Notes: generated from the sequence alone by a model not told the origin. Positions 28,336 to 39,046 are shown, counted from the stretch's first letter. The stretch: DNA of 64,000 nucleotides from an uncultured archaeon (GCA_964458565.1 CAYWJO010000001.1:96001-160000), one strand, 5' to 3'. A program made the numbers and translations.

Positions 28336-30360
28336 CTATTTTAGTCGCTTCTTCACAATATCTTCAACAAAACCTTCTTCGGAAATATACGGTAAGGTGA
28401 TGTGCCCTTTGTCACCCATCATCTGATTCCATTCAAATACGGTTTCTAGGGCATGCTCGTTACGAGCCCACGCACGCCGTGCTACGCCCCCCATTACATC
28501 CCAGTCAAGCGCGATCCGGATAATGTCATCAACTCTCTGGCTACCATCTAGTACTAGGCCAAAACCACCATTAATCGCTTTCCCAATTCCAACTCCACCA
28601 CCATTAGAGAGAACGCAGAGTGTCATTCCTCTGGTAGTGTTACCCGCCCATACCTGATGTGCCATATCACTGGTAATGTTACTTCCATCATGGATGTTAG
28701 CAGTTTCCCTGAAGGGAGAATCAGTACCGCCCGTATCATGATGGTCTCTACCAAGCATGATAGGACCACACTTGCCTTCACGTACTGCTTTATTGAACTC
28801 CAATGCTGTTTTTACACGTGTACCTGCATCTGCATAAAGTATTCGTGCTTGGGAGCCGACAACAAGTGAGTTCTTCTCAGCATCTCTGATCCAGATGTAG
28901 TTGTCACGATCTTGTCCACGTCTATTTGGGTCCATACAGGACATTGCAATCTGATCGGTAGTTCTTAGATCTTCATGTTTTCCACTCAAACATACCCATC
29001 TGAATGGACCATAACCATAATCAAAACAAAGAGGCCCCATAATATCTTCCACATAGGAAGGAAAGATGAATCCTTCAGATGTATCCCTTCCGTTCTTTGC
29101 GATCTCTACTACACCAGCATCAAACACTGCTTTCATGAAGCTGTTTCCATAGTCCCAGAAGAAGGTGCCACGATCGGACATGTGTTTGATTAGTTCGAAC
29201 TGTCTGCGAAGAGATTTGTCAACAAGTTGGTTGAACTTTTCCCGATTGGTCTTTAACAGTTCACGGCCTTCTTCAAAGGTTACTCCTTGTGGTGTATATC
29301 CTCCTTCATAGACAGCATGACATGAAGTCTGATCGGACGCAAGTTCCACTACAATATCTTTCTGGACTATGTACTCCCAAAGGTCAACAATATTGCCATA
29401 GTAACCAATCGAAACTGCTTCACCGTTTTGCCGATATTCCTCCACCCATTCAAAGACTTCATCCAGACTAGCAGTCCACCTACCTAACCAACCCTGTTCA
29501 CTTCTCGTTTCGATACGACTCTTATCGACTTCAGCGATAATCCCTATACCACCAGAGATTTCCACTGCCTTAGCTTGTGCTCCACTCATTCCACCCAGAC
29601 CGGAAGTTAGGAAAACGATCCCCGACAGATTCTTGTCCTCAGGGATTCCAAGGTACATTCTGCCAGCATTGAGTAGTGTGATGTATGTTCCATGAACAAT
29701 CCCCTGAGGTCCTATATACATCCAGCCACCAGCTGTCATCTGACCATAGTTATTTACACCCATCTGTGAACCCCAGTGAAAGTCCTTGGGATTGTCAAAC
29801 ATGCCGACCATTAAGCCATTTGTAGAGATTACTCTGGGCGCATCACGCTTTGTAGGAAAGAGACCGATTGGATGACCAGAACTGACAACAAGAGTCTGTT
29901 CCTCAGTCATTACTTCCAAATATTTTTTGATTAACTGGTACTGCATCCAATTCTGACACACCTGACCGCTTTCACCATATGTAACAAGCTCATATGGATA
30001 CAGAGCTACATCAAAATCTAGATTGTTGTCAATCATGAGCTGGAGCGCACGAGCCTCAACAATGCCACTGTAATTATCAATAGGTTTGGCTCTAATGGCT
30101 TCCTTTGGACGATATCTATAACCATAGATTCTACCTCTTATAACAAGCTCTTCCAAAAATTCTTCTGCAAGTACAGAGTGTAAACTGTTAGGTACATATC
30201 TCAAAGCATTTTTCACTGCAATAACGGTTTCAGTTTCAGTTAGATTGTACTCTCTATTTGGAGCCCGCCTATATTTTGGATTAAACGTGGCCTCAGAAGG
30301 TAATTCGGAATCTAATTTTATGATCATTGCTTTGGATAGATTATGCTTCATAGGCATCAC
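28336..30360 (-). CDS. hutU: Urocanate hydratase (long ~675-aa form)
   Basis: NNLD..VA.YPYELVTYG, YGQMTAGGWMYIGPQGIVHGT, GLGGMSGAQ, SDQTSCH, GRDHHD. Confidence 0.95.
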   Translation of the reverse strand: MMPMKHNLSKAMIIKLDSELPSEATFNPKYRRAPNREYNLTETETVIAVKNALRYVPNSLHSVLAEEFLEELVIRGRIYGYRYRPKEAIRAKPIDNYSGIVEARALQLMIDNNLDFDVALYPYELVTYGESGQVCQNWMQYQLIKKYLEVMTEEQTLVVSSGHPIGLFPTKRDAPRVISTNGLMVGMFDNPKDFHWGSQMGVNNYGQMTAGGWMYIGPQGIVHGTYITLLNAGRMYLGIPEDKNLSGIVFLTSGLGGMSGAQAKAVEISGGIGIIAEVDKSRIETRSEQGWLGRWTASLDEVFEWVEEYRQNGEAVSIGYYGNIVDLWEYIVQKDIVVELASDQTSCHAVYEGGYTPQGVTFEEGRELLKTNREKFNQLVDKSLRRQFELIKHMSDRGTFFWDYGNSFMKAVFDAGVVEIAKNGRDTSEGFIFPSYVEDIMGPLCFDYGYGPFRWVCLSGKHEDLRTTDQIAMSCMDPNRRGQDRDNYIWIRDAEKNSLVVGSQARILYADAGTRVKTALEFNKAVREGKCGPIMLGRDHHDTGGTDSPFRETANIHDGSNITSDMAHQVWAGNTTRGMTLCVLSNGGGVGIGKAINGGFGLVLDGSQRVDDIIRIALDWDVMGGVARRAWARNEHALETVFEWNQMMGDKGHITLPYISEEGFVEDIVKKRLK

Positions 30361-30415
30361 CTTGGAACAGAATTGAATGTTGTTTGGTATAATTTATGCA
30401 TTCCTGAACATAGTG

Positions 30416-31369
30416 TTATGGTTCATTAAGTGGTTGAATCTTAGGTAGCTTATCTGCGAAACCACCTTCGAGAAGCATAGTTTTCAATTCTCGAGTGCGG
30501 GGTCCTTCAAAGTAATCGTGATAAATCCCTATCAACGCTTGAGCACTCTTGATGAAAGTTTCTCGTCTAAGAGACCGGACTACTTCTTCGAGTTCAGTCA
30601 GATTATCTACCGCCATCAAGCAGAAGAATACTGGTTCTGTAGCTGAGATATATATCTCCCAGAAAGGAAGTGTGTAAGATGATTCTAATTTCTGGTGTAT
30701 TTCTGAAGGTATTATCTGTCGCTCGTCATAAGTGCACTTGACAAGGAATGGAAGACTATTTGCAGCTCCCAACTCCAATAGCGCTGTGAAACGTATACCT
30801 TCACCGTTTATGAGCTCGTTTAGTGCTCTGCGAACTCTACGAGCTGAAAATCCTGTTTCCTTGACTATTTCAACGATTGACATCCGTGCATCTTTGATCA
30901 AAGGCGATATTACCTGCAAATGCAATTTTGAAAGGTTCATTTTCTTACCGGGATTGCCTAGAAATGTGTGAAATTCCACAGATTCCACACCATCAAGACC
31001 CCGAAGGAAAGATCCAATACTAGCTAAATCAACTGAGGTAATATATTCAGCAATTAGTGCGTAGTTTCCATCGGTGTATGCTGCAGCTGCCACTACAAAG
31101 GGATTTTGCCCTATGGTATTCACATACTCACGTTCATCTATTGACCCATTGGACTTTATGAGTCCAAAGAGGGCATTCGCATTAATCATTGCAGGCCGCA
31201 GGGTAATAGAATATCCTGCAATGACACCGTTCTCTTCTAGTTTCTGAACGCGTCTCTTGATTGCATTGGCGGTAATTCCAAACTTGCGGGATAGTTCTTC
31301 ATACGTTATTCTACAATTAGATGCTAACTGTGCCAGAATTCCCTTGTCAATGATATCCACGAATATCAC
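30416..31369 (-). CDS. Tandem Lrp/AsnC-type transcriptional regulator (two wHTH-RAM units)
   Basis: DIIDKGIL..L..NCR..YEELS ... RRVQKLEENGVI and second L.KDARMSI.EI....G.SARRVRR.L unit. Confidence 0.85.
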   Translation of the reverse strand: MIFVDIIDKGILAQLASNCRITYEELSRKFGITANAIKRRVQKLEENGVIAGYSITLRPAMINANALFGLIKSNGSIDEREYVNTIGQNPFVVAAAAYTDGNYALIAEYITSVDLASIGSFLRGLDGVESVEFHTFLGNPGKKMNLSKLHLQVISPLIKDARMSIVEIVKETGFSARRVRRALNELINGEGIRFTALLELGAANSLPFLVKCTYDERQIIPSEIHQKLESSYTLPFWEIYISATEPVFFCLMAVDNLTELEEVVRSLRRETFIKSAQALIGIYHDYFEGPRTRELKTMLLEGGFADKLPKIQPLNEP

Positions 31370-31435
31370 CTATCTCGAAGACAACTATCATCGGATAACT
31401 CCTGCCTCATAAGATATTCGAATTGGAAAGAAGAT

Positions 31436-31828
31436 TTGTATCTGAAGCAAAGACCTTTACGCCCAGATGTGATTGGAGTCTTCATGGCAAGTTCAAGAAA
31501 AAACCTTGCATCCCTGACATGCATTCCATGCAGAGGTGGAATACCCCCGTTGACTCCTGAGAAGATTGAGAAGATGATGATACTTGTCGAGGGTTGGAAT
31601 CTAAAAAATGGGCCTGATCAAATCATCAGAAAATACAGATTCAAAGACTTCAAGGAAGCTATGGTGTTCGTAAACCGTGTAGCAGAAATAGCAGAGGAAC
31701 AGAATCATCATCCCGACATCTCAATTCACTGGAATGAAGTGACTCTCACTCTCTGGACACATGCAATAAATGGGCTTTATGAAAATGATTTCATTGTTGC
31801 TGCAAAAATCGATGAAATGATGAATTGA
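31436..31828 (+). CDS. Pterin-4-alpha-carbinolamine dehydratase
   Basis: FKDFKEAM.FVN.VA.IAE.QNHHPDI...W..V...LWTHAINGL.ENDFI.AAKID. Confidence 0.92.
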   Translation: MYLKQRPLRPDVIGVFMASSRKNLASLTCIPCRGGIPPLTPEKIEKMMILVEGWNLKNGPDQIIRKYRFKDFKEAMVFVNRVAEIAEEQNHHPDISIHWNEVTLTLWTHAINGLYENDFIVAAKIDEMMN

Positions 31829-31846
31829 ATCCGAAGGCGAGTAAGG

Positions 31847-32209
31847 ATGAGTGGTATAATTTTCTTTAGAACGAAGATGCTTGATGAATTGGTTGATTTC
31901 TATGTCACAAGAATCAAAATGAGGGTTTGGCTTGAACAGAGTGGTTGTACAATTCTTCAATACGGGGGGTTACTCGTTGGATTCTGTCAGAGAGAGATAG
32001 AAGAGACAGAAGGAATGATTACTTTATTTTATCCAACGACCGATGTTGTTGACAACATGTATAGAGAACTCAGAGATATCTCAACAACACAACCAGAAGA
32101 GAATGAGAAATTTGGTATTTATCATTTCTTCGCTTGTGATCCAGAAGGGCGGTCTCTAGAGTTCCAGTGCTTTCTACACCCCATAGATTACAATTTTGAA
32201 GAGTTCTAG
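31847..32209 (+). CDS. VOC/glyoxalase family protein
   Basis: DFY...I, VD.MY..L, YHFFA.DPEGR.LEFQ. Confidence 0.85.
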   Translation: MSGIIFFRTKMLDELVDFYVTRIKMRVWLEQSGCTILQYGGLLVGFCQREIEETEGMITLFYPTTDVVDNMYRELRDISTTQPEENEKFGIYHFFACDPEGRSLEFQCFLHPIDYNFEEF

Positions 32210-32215
32210 GATATG

Positions 32216-33211
32216 TTATCCTACCATCTCTTTAATTGTTACAAAAGGAATCTTCCAAACACTTCCGGTCATTAGACATGTATAGATATAGGCAGAATCA
32301 GTGGTGATGTCTTTGATTCCCCGTCCATTAAGTACTGCACAAAGAATTTCGTCATGACTATTGACATCATACACCCGCAAAGACCCATCATCGGATACCG
32401 AAAGAAGCAAGCTTTCATGAAGAGCAAGTGCATTAACATTGTCACTATGACCTTCTATCATACCAAGACACTCCCATGTGTTTTTTTCCCAGATCCGGAT
32501 TGCGGTTTCAAACTCAGGTGGTCTCGGAGAACCAGGTCCACCCCACCAGATTTCACCGGAACCTGAGTATAGACGAGTCTGATTGCTAATGAGAGAAAAT
32601 ACACTAGCGTCCGTACCCCTCAATTCTGTCACTAATTTCAAATCGCTAATTGTTAAGACGTCGATCTTATTTCCAATCCCACCTGTGTAGATGTAGGCGT
32701 CATCAACTACTACAGAGAGAAGTATGTCTTGGTCAGATTTGTAGGTGTTGATGTTTTCGTAGGTGGTTTTATCCCAGACACGTATTTCAGAATCCGAAGA
32801 ACAGGAGATCAAGAGCTCAGAGTTACCAGTCAAATCTGAAATCGAACTTGTATGACCATCAAGTATCTTGACGACTTCTAGGTTCTCCTTGTCTAGTACA
32901 CGAATACGATTATCTAGATAGGAACTTCCAGTATACAGAAAATTCTCATCAATATGCATGCTATTGATGATAGCTCCTCGAATGGTAGTGGAGCAAGCAA
33001 AGGACAGGTCATCTAAATTCCATTTGACAATCTTTCCACTACTGTCTGCTGAGAATACGGAATTAATATCCACAGAAATACATGATAAATCAATACTATG
33101 AATTGATTCATCAGATTTGATAGAACTCCTCCTTATGATGTCATGTCCTAAGTTCTTCGTCTGAATCACACTCTTCGATTTCAATGAATTAAAACAGGAT
33201 TTGAATCTCAA
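32216..33211 (-). CDS. WD40-repeat protein
   Basis: LDGHTSSI..L.....LISCSSDSEIRVWD; EGHSDNVNAL....LLSVSDDGSLRVYD; start uncertain. Confidence 0.85.
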   Translation of the reverse strand: MRFKSCFNSLKSKSVIQTKNLGHDIIRRSSIKSDESIHSIDLSCISVDINSVFSADSSGKIVKWNLDDLSFACSTTIRGAIINSMHIDENFLYTGSSYLDNRIRVLDKENLEVVKILDGHTSSISDLTGNSELLISCSSDSEIRVWDKTTYENINTYKSDQDILLSVVVDDAYIYTGGIGNKIDVLTISDLKLVTELRGTDASVFSLISNQTRLYSGSGEIWWGGPGSPRPPEFETAIRIWEKNTWECLGMIEGHSDNVNALALHESLLLSVSDDGSLRVYDVNSHDEILCAVLNGRGIKDITTDSAYIYTCLMTGSVWKIPFVTIKEMVG

Positions 33212-33790
33212 TTAGATTATAGACACAATATTGCTATCTTCAGGTGTCCAACCAAGCTGTTTTGCCTTTTGAAATGCGTCATCTGCTTTCTTATATTTAC
33301 CCTGCAACCAGAGAAGAATTCTCAATTGATTCCAAATTTCTGGGCTATCAGGTCCACCCTTCATTTGTTTTCTTATACAATCTTCCATTTTCTTGCACTG
33401 TTCAACCTCAATCTCACGCATCTCAGAAGCCGTCGTTAGTAGATTGTGGACATATTCGGGATGTCGAGTGAGAACATAATTAAGAAACTCAGAAGGTCTA
33501 TCTCTCATGAATGCTTCAAGAACTGATTTAGGTGTGTCAGTTGCGTGTTCTAAATCACCTTCCACAATTTTACGCTCATAATCACTTTTCATGAACTGTC
33601 TGACTTCATCTAGATTTTTTGTAATAATGTCCTCAGCGCCTCGAGTGAGCGTAGAGTTGTTCCATTCAGTATAGATTAACTCTGCGCCGAATTTGTACAG
33701 GATGCGTGGTGTCGGATTGATTTTCTTCAGATCAGTGACCAAGTTCTTGATTGCATATTTTTTTCTCTTCTTGATCTCCATTGAAATCAC
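33212..33790 (-). CDS. Hypothetical protein with C-terminal TPR-like motif
   Basis: PDSPEIWNQL..LLW.QGKYKKA..AFQKA..L. Confidence 0.65.
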   Translation of the reverse strand: MISMEIKKRKKYAIKNLVTDLKKINPTPRILYKFGAELIYTEWNNSTLTRGAEDIITKNLDEVRQFMKSDYERKIVEGDLEHATDTPKSVLEAFMRDRPSEFLNYVLTRHPEYVHNLLTTASEMREIEVEQCKKMEDCIRKQMKGGPDSPEIWNQLRILLWLQGKYKKADDAFQKAKQLGWTPEDSNIVSII

Positions 33791-33980
33791 CTAACACATC
33801 GCATGTAAATATGCACAATTCCACATAAGTGATATGAAGATGTAGAAATTATGAGGAATATTGGTTAGGTTCTCAAACTTAAATAGTAATTCTATCAATA
33901 TCGAACATCCTGAAGTCCATTCAAGGTCATATAGAGAGCTTTCTCAAGGATTGCGTGCTCATTGAGCAATCGATTCGTTT

Positions 33981-34751
33981 CTAGAAGGGGAGCCCTATTA
34001 GCATCCAATCAGGTAAACCAACAATAAGATTCACGTATAAGACTAGTGTGAGTATGAAAAGAGACAGGATGACAACTGCCCAATCTCGTCTGCGAAATGC
34101 TAATTTCTCCAAATACGTTCTATTCTCACAAGCACCAAAAGCACGAGATTCCATGCTCTCTGCAACTGAGAGCGCACGCCTAATTGAGACAATGATGAGT
34201 GGAACAATAATTGGGACAATATTTCTTATTCTTGTGAGTAAGTTTCCCTTGTCTAGTTCAACGCCTCTTGCTCTTTGTGCATCCATTATGGCATAAGCCT
34301 CGTTTCCAAGAGTTGGAACATATCGCATAGCCATACTTACTGCAAATGCAAACTCAAATCGAACACGCATCTGAATAAGTGCCTGAGACAATTGATCAGG
34401 ATGCACTGTTAAGAAGAAGAGTGAGAAAGAAGTCATGAGGTTCACAAGTCTGAATGTAAGAGCTAAAGAATACGAGAAGGGATATTCAGCACTTGAAAGC
34501 AATGTATTGAATACAAGAATGAATATGAGTAGAACAGAAAGACCTCTCATACTCTTAGTCCAACGCCGCACAGATTTTGATGCCACAATGAGAGGAAAGA
34601 TGAATAGAAACACAATGATATGAGGAATAATTGCGGAGAATAGGAGTGAAACCGTTGCTAGAGCTATAGATAGAACAAGTTTTGCTCTTGGATCAAGATT
34701 ATGAATCACTGAGTCCTGTCTAGTGTATTGAAATATTTCAAGGAAACTCAT
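33981..34751 (-). CDS. ecfT: ECF transporter transmembrane component T
   Basis: S.IH.LDPRAKL, AMRYVP, DAQRARG, AESMESRAF. Confidence 0.92.
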   Translation of the reverse strand: MSFLEIFQYTRQDSVIHNLDPRAKLVLSIALATVSLLFSAIIPHIIVFLFIFPLIVASKSVRRWTKSMRGLSVLLIFILVFNTLLSSAEYPFSYSLALTFRLVNLMTSFSLFFLTVHPDQLSQALIQMRVRFEFAFAVSMAMRYVPTLGNEAYAIMDAQRARGVELDKGNLLTRIRNIVPIIVPLIIVSIRRALSVAESMESRAFGACENRTYLEKLAFRRRDWAVVILSLFILTLVLYVNLIVGLPDWMLIGLPF

Positions 34752-35578
34752 TGAATACCACTCCCAAGGATTTGCATAATTGCATACTCAAGTTCATCTA
34801 GTTGGGTCAAACGCGGGGATATATCAGAATACAATTTCCCTAAAGCCTGAGCTGCCTGAGTCATTTGTGGACTGGTCAGTGAACAAATATTGAGTACTTC
34901 TTGGTTACTCAAAACTGACCCAGTTGGACCATCAGCAATTATTCGACCATCAGCCATGGCTATTGTTCGTGGAAAATGCTCTATTACAAACTCGATGTCA
35001 TGAGTGACAACAATGACTGTTTTCCCCTCACTATTCATTTCCATTAGAAGTTCAGCTAAATACCTTTTTTGAAGCGCATCTTGGCCAATTGTAGGTTCAT
35101 CCAGGGCGAGAATCCTAGGTTGGCTCGCTAGAACCGAAGCAAGAGCAACACGCTTACGTTCGCCACCAGAAAGAGAAAAGGGAGAGCGTTCCACCAAATC
35201 AATTATACCCAGTTTTTCTAGAGTTGCTTGAGCTTTTTCGTTTGCTTCATCCTCTGAGAACCCCAATTTCTTAAGACCAAATAGAACCTCCTTTTCTACA
35301 GTATCCAAGAATAATTGGTGGTCAGGATTTTGAAAGACTAAACCCACTTCACGAGCGATTTCTGCAACTGACATATGAGAAGTATTTCGATCATCAAGGA
35401 ACACTCTTCCTTTTTGAGGCCTCAATAGACCGTTGATGTGTTTTATCAGAGTAGTCTTCCCAGCACCATTTGAACCCATTATTGCGACCAGTTCATTGGA
35501 GTCAATTTGTAGTGATACCCCTCTGAGAGCAGTATAGATTCCCTCGTAGGTGAAATGAATGTTCTCAAGCATTATCAT
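34748..35578 (-). CDS. ecfA2: ECF transporter ATPase
   Basis: GSNGAGKTT, VFQNPDHQLF, LSGGERKR, LDEPT.GQD. Confidence 0.9.
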   Translation of the reverse strand: MIMLENIHFTYEGIYTALRGVSLQIDSNELVAIMGSNGAGKTTLIKHINGLLRPQKGRVFLDDRNTSHMSVAEIAREVGLVFQNPDHQLFLDTVEKEVLFGLKKLGFSEDEANEKAQATLEKLGIIDLVERSPFSLSGGERKRVALASVLASQPRILALDEPTIGQDALQKRYLAELLMEMNSEGKTVIVVTHDIEFVIEHFPRTIAMADGRIIADGPTGSVLSNQEVLNICSLTSPQMTQAAQALGKLYSDISPRLTQLDELEYAIMQILGSGIQ

Positions 35579-36417
35579 CTTCTTGAGACCTCCTTCACCA
35601 TTTGAGCCAACTCTTCACCTGAGAGGGGGACGTCTAGAAGATCTATTCCATGCAGATGAAGTCGTTTATAGATTTGAGTCGCCTTCGGGACACCCACCCC
35701 TATTTCATCACAGAGGCCCATAATTAGAACCTCCTTTGGTGTACCGTCCGCAACTATTGATCCTTGATTCATCAGGATGATCCTAGATGCATCTTGAGCA
35801 ACAAGGTCTAACCGATGTTCCACCAAGACTATGGTCATTCCTTGTTTGTTTAGGGAAGATAAAATTTTGAGAATAGATTCTGCACTCTTTGGATCTAGAT
35901 TCGATGTTGGTTCATCAGCAACAAGAATTCTCGGTTTCATTGCAAGTGTAGAGGCCATGGCAACTCGCTGTTGTTCACCGCCAGACATCTCATGCGGATG
36001 TTTATCACGCAGATGTGTGAGATCAAATAAATCAATTAATTCCTCGACCCGTATCCGGATTTCTTCTGGAGGGACACCAAGATTCTCAGGGCCGAAGGCA
36101 ATCTCTTTCTCAACATTGAGTGTGACTAGTTGATTTTCAGGTTGTTGAAACACCATACCAGCTATAGTTGAAAGAGTCGCAACCTCATTCTCTCTAGTGT
36201 CCATGGAATCAACATAGACGTGGCCAGCAATGTAACCACGATGAAATTGTGGAACTAAACCATTTATCGCTCGACAAAGAGTTGTTTTACCACAACCAGA
36301 GGGTCCAGTGATGACAACATATTCGCCTTCGTCGATGGAGATATTTATTTTTCTAAGCGCTAAGGAATCAGCTCCAATGTATTTGAAGCTGAAATTATCA
36401 AAAGATATTAGCGCCAT
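35575..36417 (-). CDS. ecfA1: ECF transporter ATPase
   Basis: GPSGCGKTT, FQQPENQL, MSGGEQQR, DEPTSNLD; start at MALISF. Confidence 0.9.
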   Translation of the reverse strand: MALISFDNFSFKYIGADSLALRKINISIDEGEYVVITGPSGCGKTTLCRAINGLVPQFHRGYIAGHVYVDSMDTRENEVATLSTIAGMVFQQPENQLVTLNVEKEIAFGPENLGVPPEEIRIRVEELIDLFDLTHLRDKHPHEMSGGEQQRVAMASTLAMKPRILVADEPTSNLDPKSAESILKILSSLNKQGMTIVLVEHRLDLVAQDASRIILMNQGSIVADGTPKEVLIMGLCDEIGVGVPKATQIYKRLHLHGIDLLDVPLSGEELAQMVKEVSRR

Positions 36418-36430
36418 AGTTTTCACCTTA

Positions 36431-37432
36431 TTAAGATTCACAATCAGAGGGGTTTCGTTTCTCAATAGCCTCCCTGATAAGCTCTACTGAACGAAGCAGT
36501 GCCTCCTCTCTATTTCGAGTGCCATTTGCGCCAGCAGCATTTGCATGACCGCCACCCTCACCCCCTATTATCTCACCTAATGGCTCCATCACATCAGTAC
36601 CAAGATTCACACCAGTTTCTCTGAAAAATTCCGAGGTGCTTCTTGAACTCAAGCGGACTTTGTCTTTTGCTTGTTTACCACCAATTATAGCTACATCAGC
36701 ACCAAGATCTATCAGACCACGACATGCACTCGCTTCGTAAGCTCCAATCTTTGAAATCACTATAACCCAGCCATGTATATCATAAACACGAAGGCGTCCT
36801 GCTGCTTTTAATCTTGCAATTCGCTCTGATCTATCTGGACGTATTATCAGTGACTCAACACAAGCAAGATAATCGGCTCCAGATTCAATCAAGTGGATTG
36901 CAGCTTCCAGAGTTCTCTGATCTGCATAGAAAAAACGTCTGGTATCAAATAATATACCTGTAAGAAGAAGATTAGCTATTTTTGAAGAGAATTCGACCCT
37001 GAGATCCTGAAATAATGATACGAGTATCTCACAAGTTGAGAATCGATCACTTTCTACTATAGCATGAGTTGTTATCTTTTCGATGTCTGGATTTTCCTCA
37101 TGGTGATCTATCACAATGGTTTTGTCGGGACAATCAAATGAGTTTTCCAGAGTTGGACCTAGTTGATAGCGGCTATTGGTGTCTAGGAGGACATATAGAT
37201 CAGGATCTTCATCAATTGAATTTATAATTTCAATAGGACCATAAAAAGTATTCATTACCTGGACCGCAACACGGCTTATATCATCACAAGCAAATGATAC
37301 GAGTCCATCAGGTCTAATTGATTTATACAGCTCTTTGAATGCAATCATTGAACATATAGCATCAGGATCTGCGTTATGATGACCAAGAATAATAATTGAA
37401 GATGCTGACTCCAGCCGACTGATGATATTCAA
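36431..37432 (-). CDS. DHH/DHHA1 family phosphoesterase
   Basis: HHNADPDA, VIDHH, GILFDT, GGGHANAAG. Confidence 0.92.
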   Translation of the reverse strand: MNIISRLESASSIIILGHHNADPDAICSMIAFKELYKSIRPDGLVSFACDDISRVAVQVMNTFYGPIEIINSIDEDPDLYVLLDTNSRYQLGPTLENSFDCPDKTIVIDHHEENPDIEKITTHAIVESDRFSTCEILVSLFQDLRVEFSSKIANLLLTGILFDTRRFFYADQRTLEAAIHLIESGADYLACVESLIIRPDRSERIARLKAAGRLRVYDIHGWVIVISKIGAYEASACRGLIDLGADVAIIGGKQAKDKVRLSSRSTSEFFRETGVNLGTDVMEPLGEIIGGEGGGHANAAGANGTRNREEALLRSVELIREAIEKRNPSDCES

Positions 37433-37740
37433 TCACCTTTCATCTCCCGCAATTCTTTCTCTAGCCAGCTCATACCAAACTCCGCAGCTTGTGTAACTAA
37501 GACATCTAAATCCTGTCCATTATCATATTTTTGAGAGATGTCAATAGCAATGTCTACATCAAGTTTGTTTGTGAATTCAAGTGAGCAGCTTACTGAGAGC
37601 TCTTCAATACTCTTCTGCGGGATTCTTGAAAGGAGATAATTTGTTACTTCATTCTCGCAGGCTTCAGCTAGAGATTCGAGATCATCCTCGGATAACAGAG
37701 GAAGTCCAATTTCTGTAAAATTATCATTCATCTCTCTCAC
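37429..37740 (-). CDS. DUF3194-like small acidic protein
   Basis: IGLP.LSE.DLE.LAE pattern; conserved position downstream of prefoldin beta. Confidence 0.65.
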   Translation of the reverse strand: MREMNDNFTEIGLPLLSEDDLESLAEACENEVTNYLLSRIPQKSIEELSVSCSLEFTNKLDVDIAIDISQKYDNGQDLDVLVTQAAEFGMSWLEKELREMKGD

Positions 37741-38099
37741 TGAAGTTTTAGATTTTGCTTGCTCAACTCAACCTGTATCTTATTCTGGAGCTCTGTGAGC
37801 TTCTCAGTTAGAGTCTGAATCTGTTTCTTGGTTGATGCAAGACGCATGTCGAGAGTTTTCTCACGGTCCTGTAAGTCGTCAACAAGCTTTGGTTTTTCCA
37901 CCTTGAACATGATCTGACCTACGGCTTTGTAGGTTAGAGTGTCTTCAGGTTGCCCTTTAAGCTCTTCAAGTGTGGCTTTTGTTTCTGAGAGTTCACTCTG
38001 CATAGTCTGTGCCATCGATTGAAGGGTTTCAAGATTTCTTCTCATAGTGTCAAATTTCTGCAGTTCTTGTTCAAGTGCAGGGGGTATAGTCTGGGCCAT
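37737..38099 (-). CDS. pfdB: Prefoldin beta subunit
   Basis: IPP.L...L, coiled coils flanking TYKAVGQIM beta-hairpin; superoperon context. Confidence 0.92.
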   Translation of the reverse strand: MAQTIPPALEQELQKFDTMRRNLETLQSMAQTMQSELSETKATLEELKGQPEDTLTYKAVGQIMFKVEKPKLVDDLQDREKTLDMRLASTKKQIQTLTEKLTELQNKIQVELSKQNLKLQ

Positions 38100-38185
38100 T
38101 TTATATCATCCTCATCATAAGGCCGATTCACACTTCGCCAAAGTTATGTTGACTTAAGCATTTTGGCATATTACCATCTTTCACA

Positions 38186-38482
38186 TTACTTATCGTTGGT
38201 CAATACTTCCAATGTTCGTTGACATGATGAAATCCAAGCAAGAAATGAATTCATTGATGCCCTAAGTGCAGTCAAATCTTGAGCTTCTATAATAAGATGG
38301 ATCCCATTTTCTTTCTGGACAGCTGTAGTCGTAGCACGTTCTGATGCCACTTCCTTTGTTTCAGGTTCTAATGCAGAGAGAACAACTGATGCAGCCTGAC
38401 TTGATGAAAATTCAATATTTAATTCAGCCTTAGCCATAGTAAGAAAGGATTTTGAATCGGGCTCAGAAAGATCTGTCAACAT
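38186..38482 (-). CDS. pcc1: KEOPS subunit Pcc1
   Basis: ALEPE ... I.A.DLTALRASMNSFL.WI; likely start MAKAEL. Confidence 0.88.
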   Translation of the reverse strand: MLTDLSEPDSKSFLTMAKAELNIEFSSSQAASVVLSALEPETKEVASERATTTAVQKENGIHLIIEAQDLTALRASMNSFLAWISSCQRTLEVLTNDK

Positions 38483-38491
38483 ATCTACATC

Positions 38492-39046
38492 CTAGAAATT
38501 CGATTTAATAGACTTAATACGCACTCTTGGACCAATCTCATTTCCTGTACGAGCATGGTAATAAGTCCAAATAATCCTTGACCCCGTTGACTCTAGCCAG
38601 CTCACAGCTTGATGGTCACCATTCTCCAGAAGGGGAATATCAGACATTTCCATGGCGTCTACATTGAATAGCGAAGAAAGGAAATTGGATAATATTCGAG
38701 TTTCCTCATTTGACTCAGGTCTAACACAGAGATAGGATATTTCATGAATACGGGGAGTCTTTGTTCTATTTACTTCTCGCCTTAGAATTGCACTTTCAAT
38801 ATTTACCTCTAGAATAAGATCACCTTGCTCATTGTAGAACATCAATGCATCAGGGTTACCACGAAATATTGTGACTACAATGATTGCCTGAGCGCCAGTT
38901 TGATGGACCCTTGCGAAAAGTTCCTCTTGATTTAATGAACCCCTATTGAATCGTTCACTATCCGGAATAACTGTGGAAAGGTCTCGTACAAATGAACGAA
39001 CTCTGTTAGAGGTTCGCCGAGAGGTGGTTATAAGAACTGAGGGCAC
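38492..39046 (-). CDS. Brix-domain (Imp4-like) ribosome biogenesis protein
   Basis: LITTSRR.S.RVRSFVRDL..VIP...RFNRG ... GNP ... GPR. Confidence 0.88.
   Translation of the reverse strand: MPSVLITTSRRTSNRVRSFVRDLSTVIPDSERFNRGSLNQEELFARVHQTGAQAIIVVTIFRGNPDALMFYNEQGDLILEVNIESAILRREVNRTKTPRIHEISYLCVRPESNEETRILSNFLSSLFNVDAMEMSDIPLLENGDHQAVSWLESTGSRIIWTYYHARTGNEIGPRVRIKSIKSNF

Noticed and set aside
32505-32570. In-frame ~14-aa insert (EIWWGGPGSPRPPE) in a WD40 blade, flanked by ACTCAGGT/ACCTGAGT complementarity, as a second intron
   Set aside because: I could not build a 4-bp helix with two 3-nt bulges and the frame is open; more likely a protein loop
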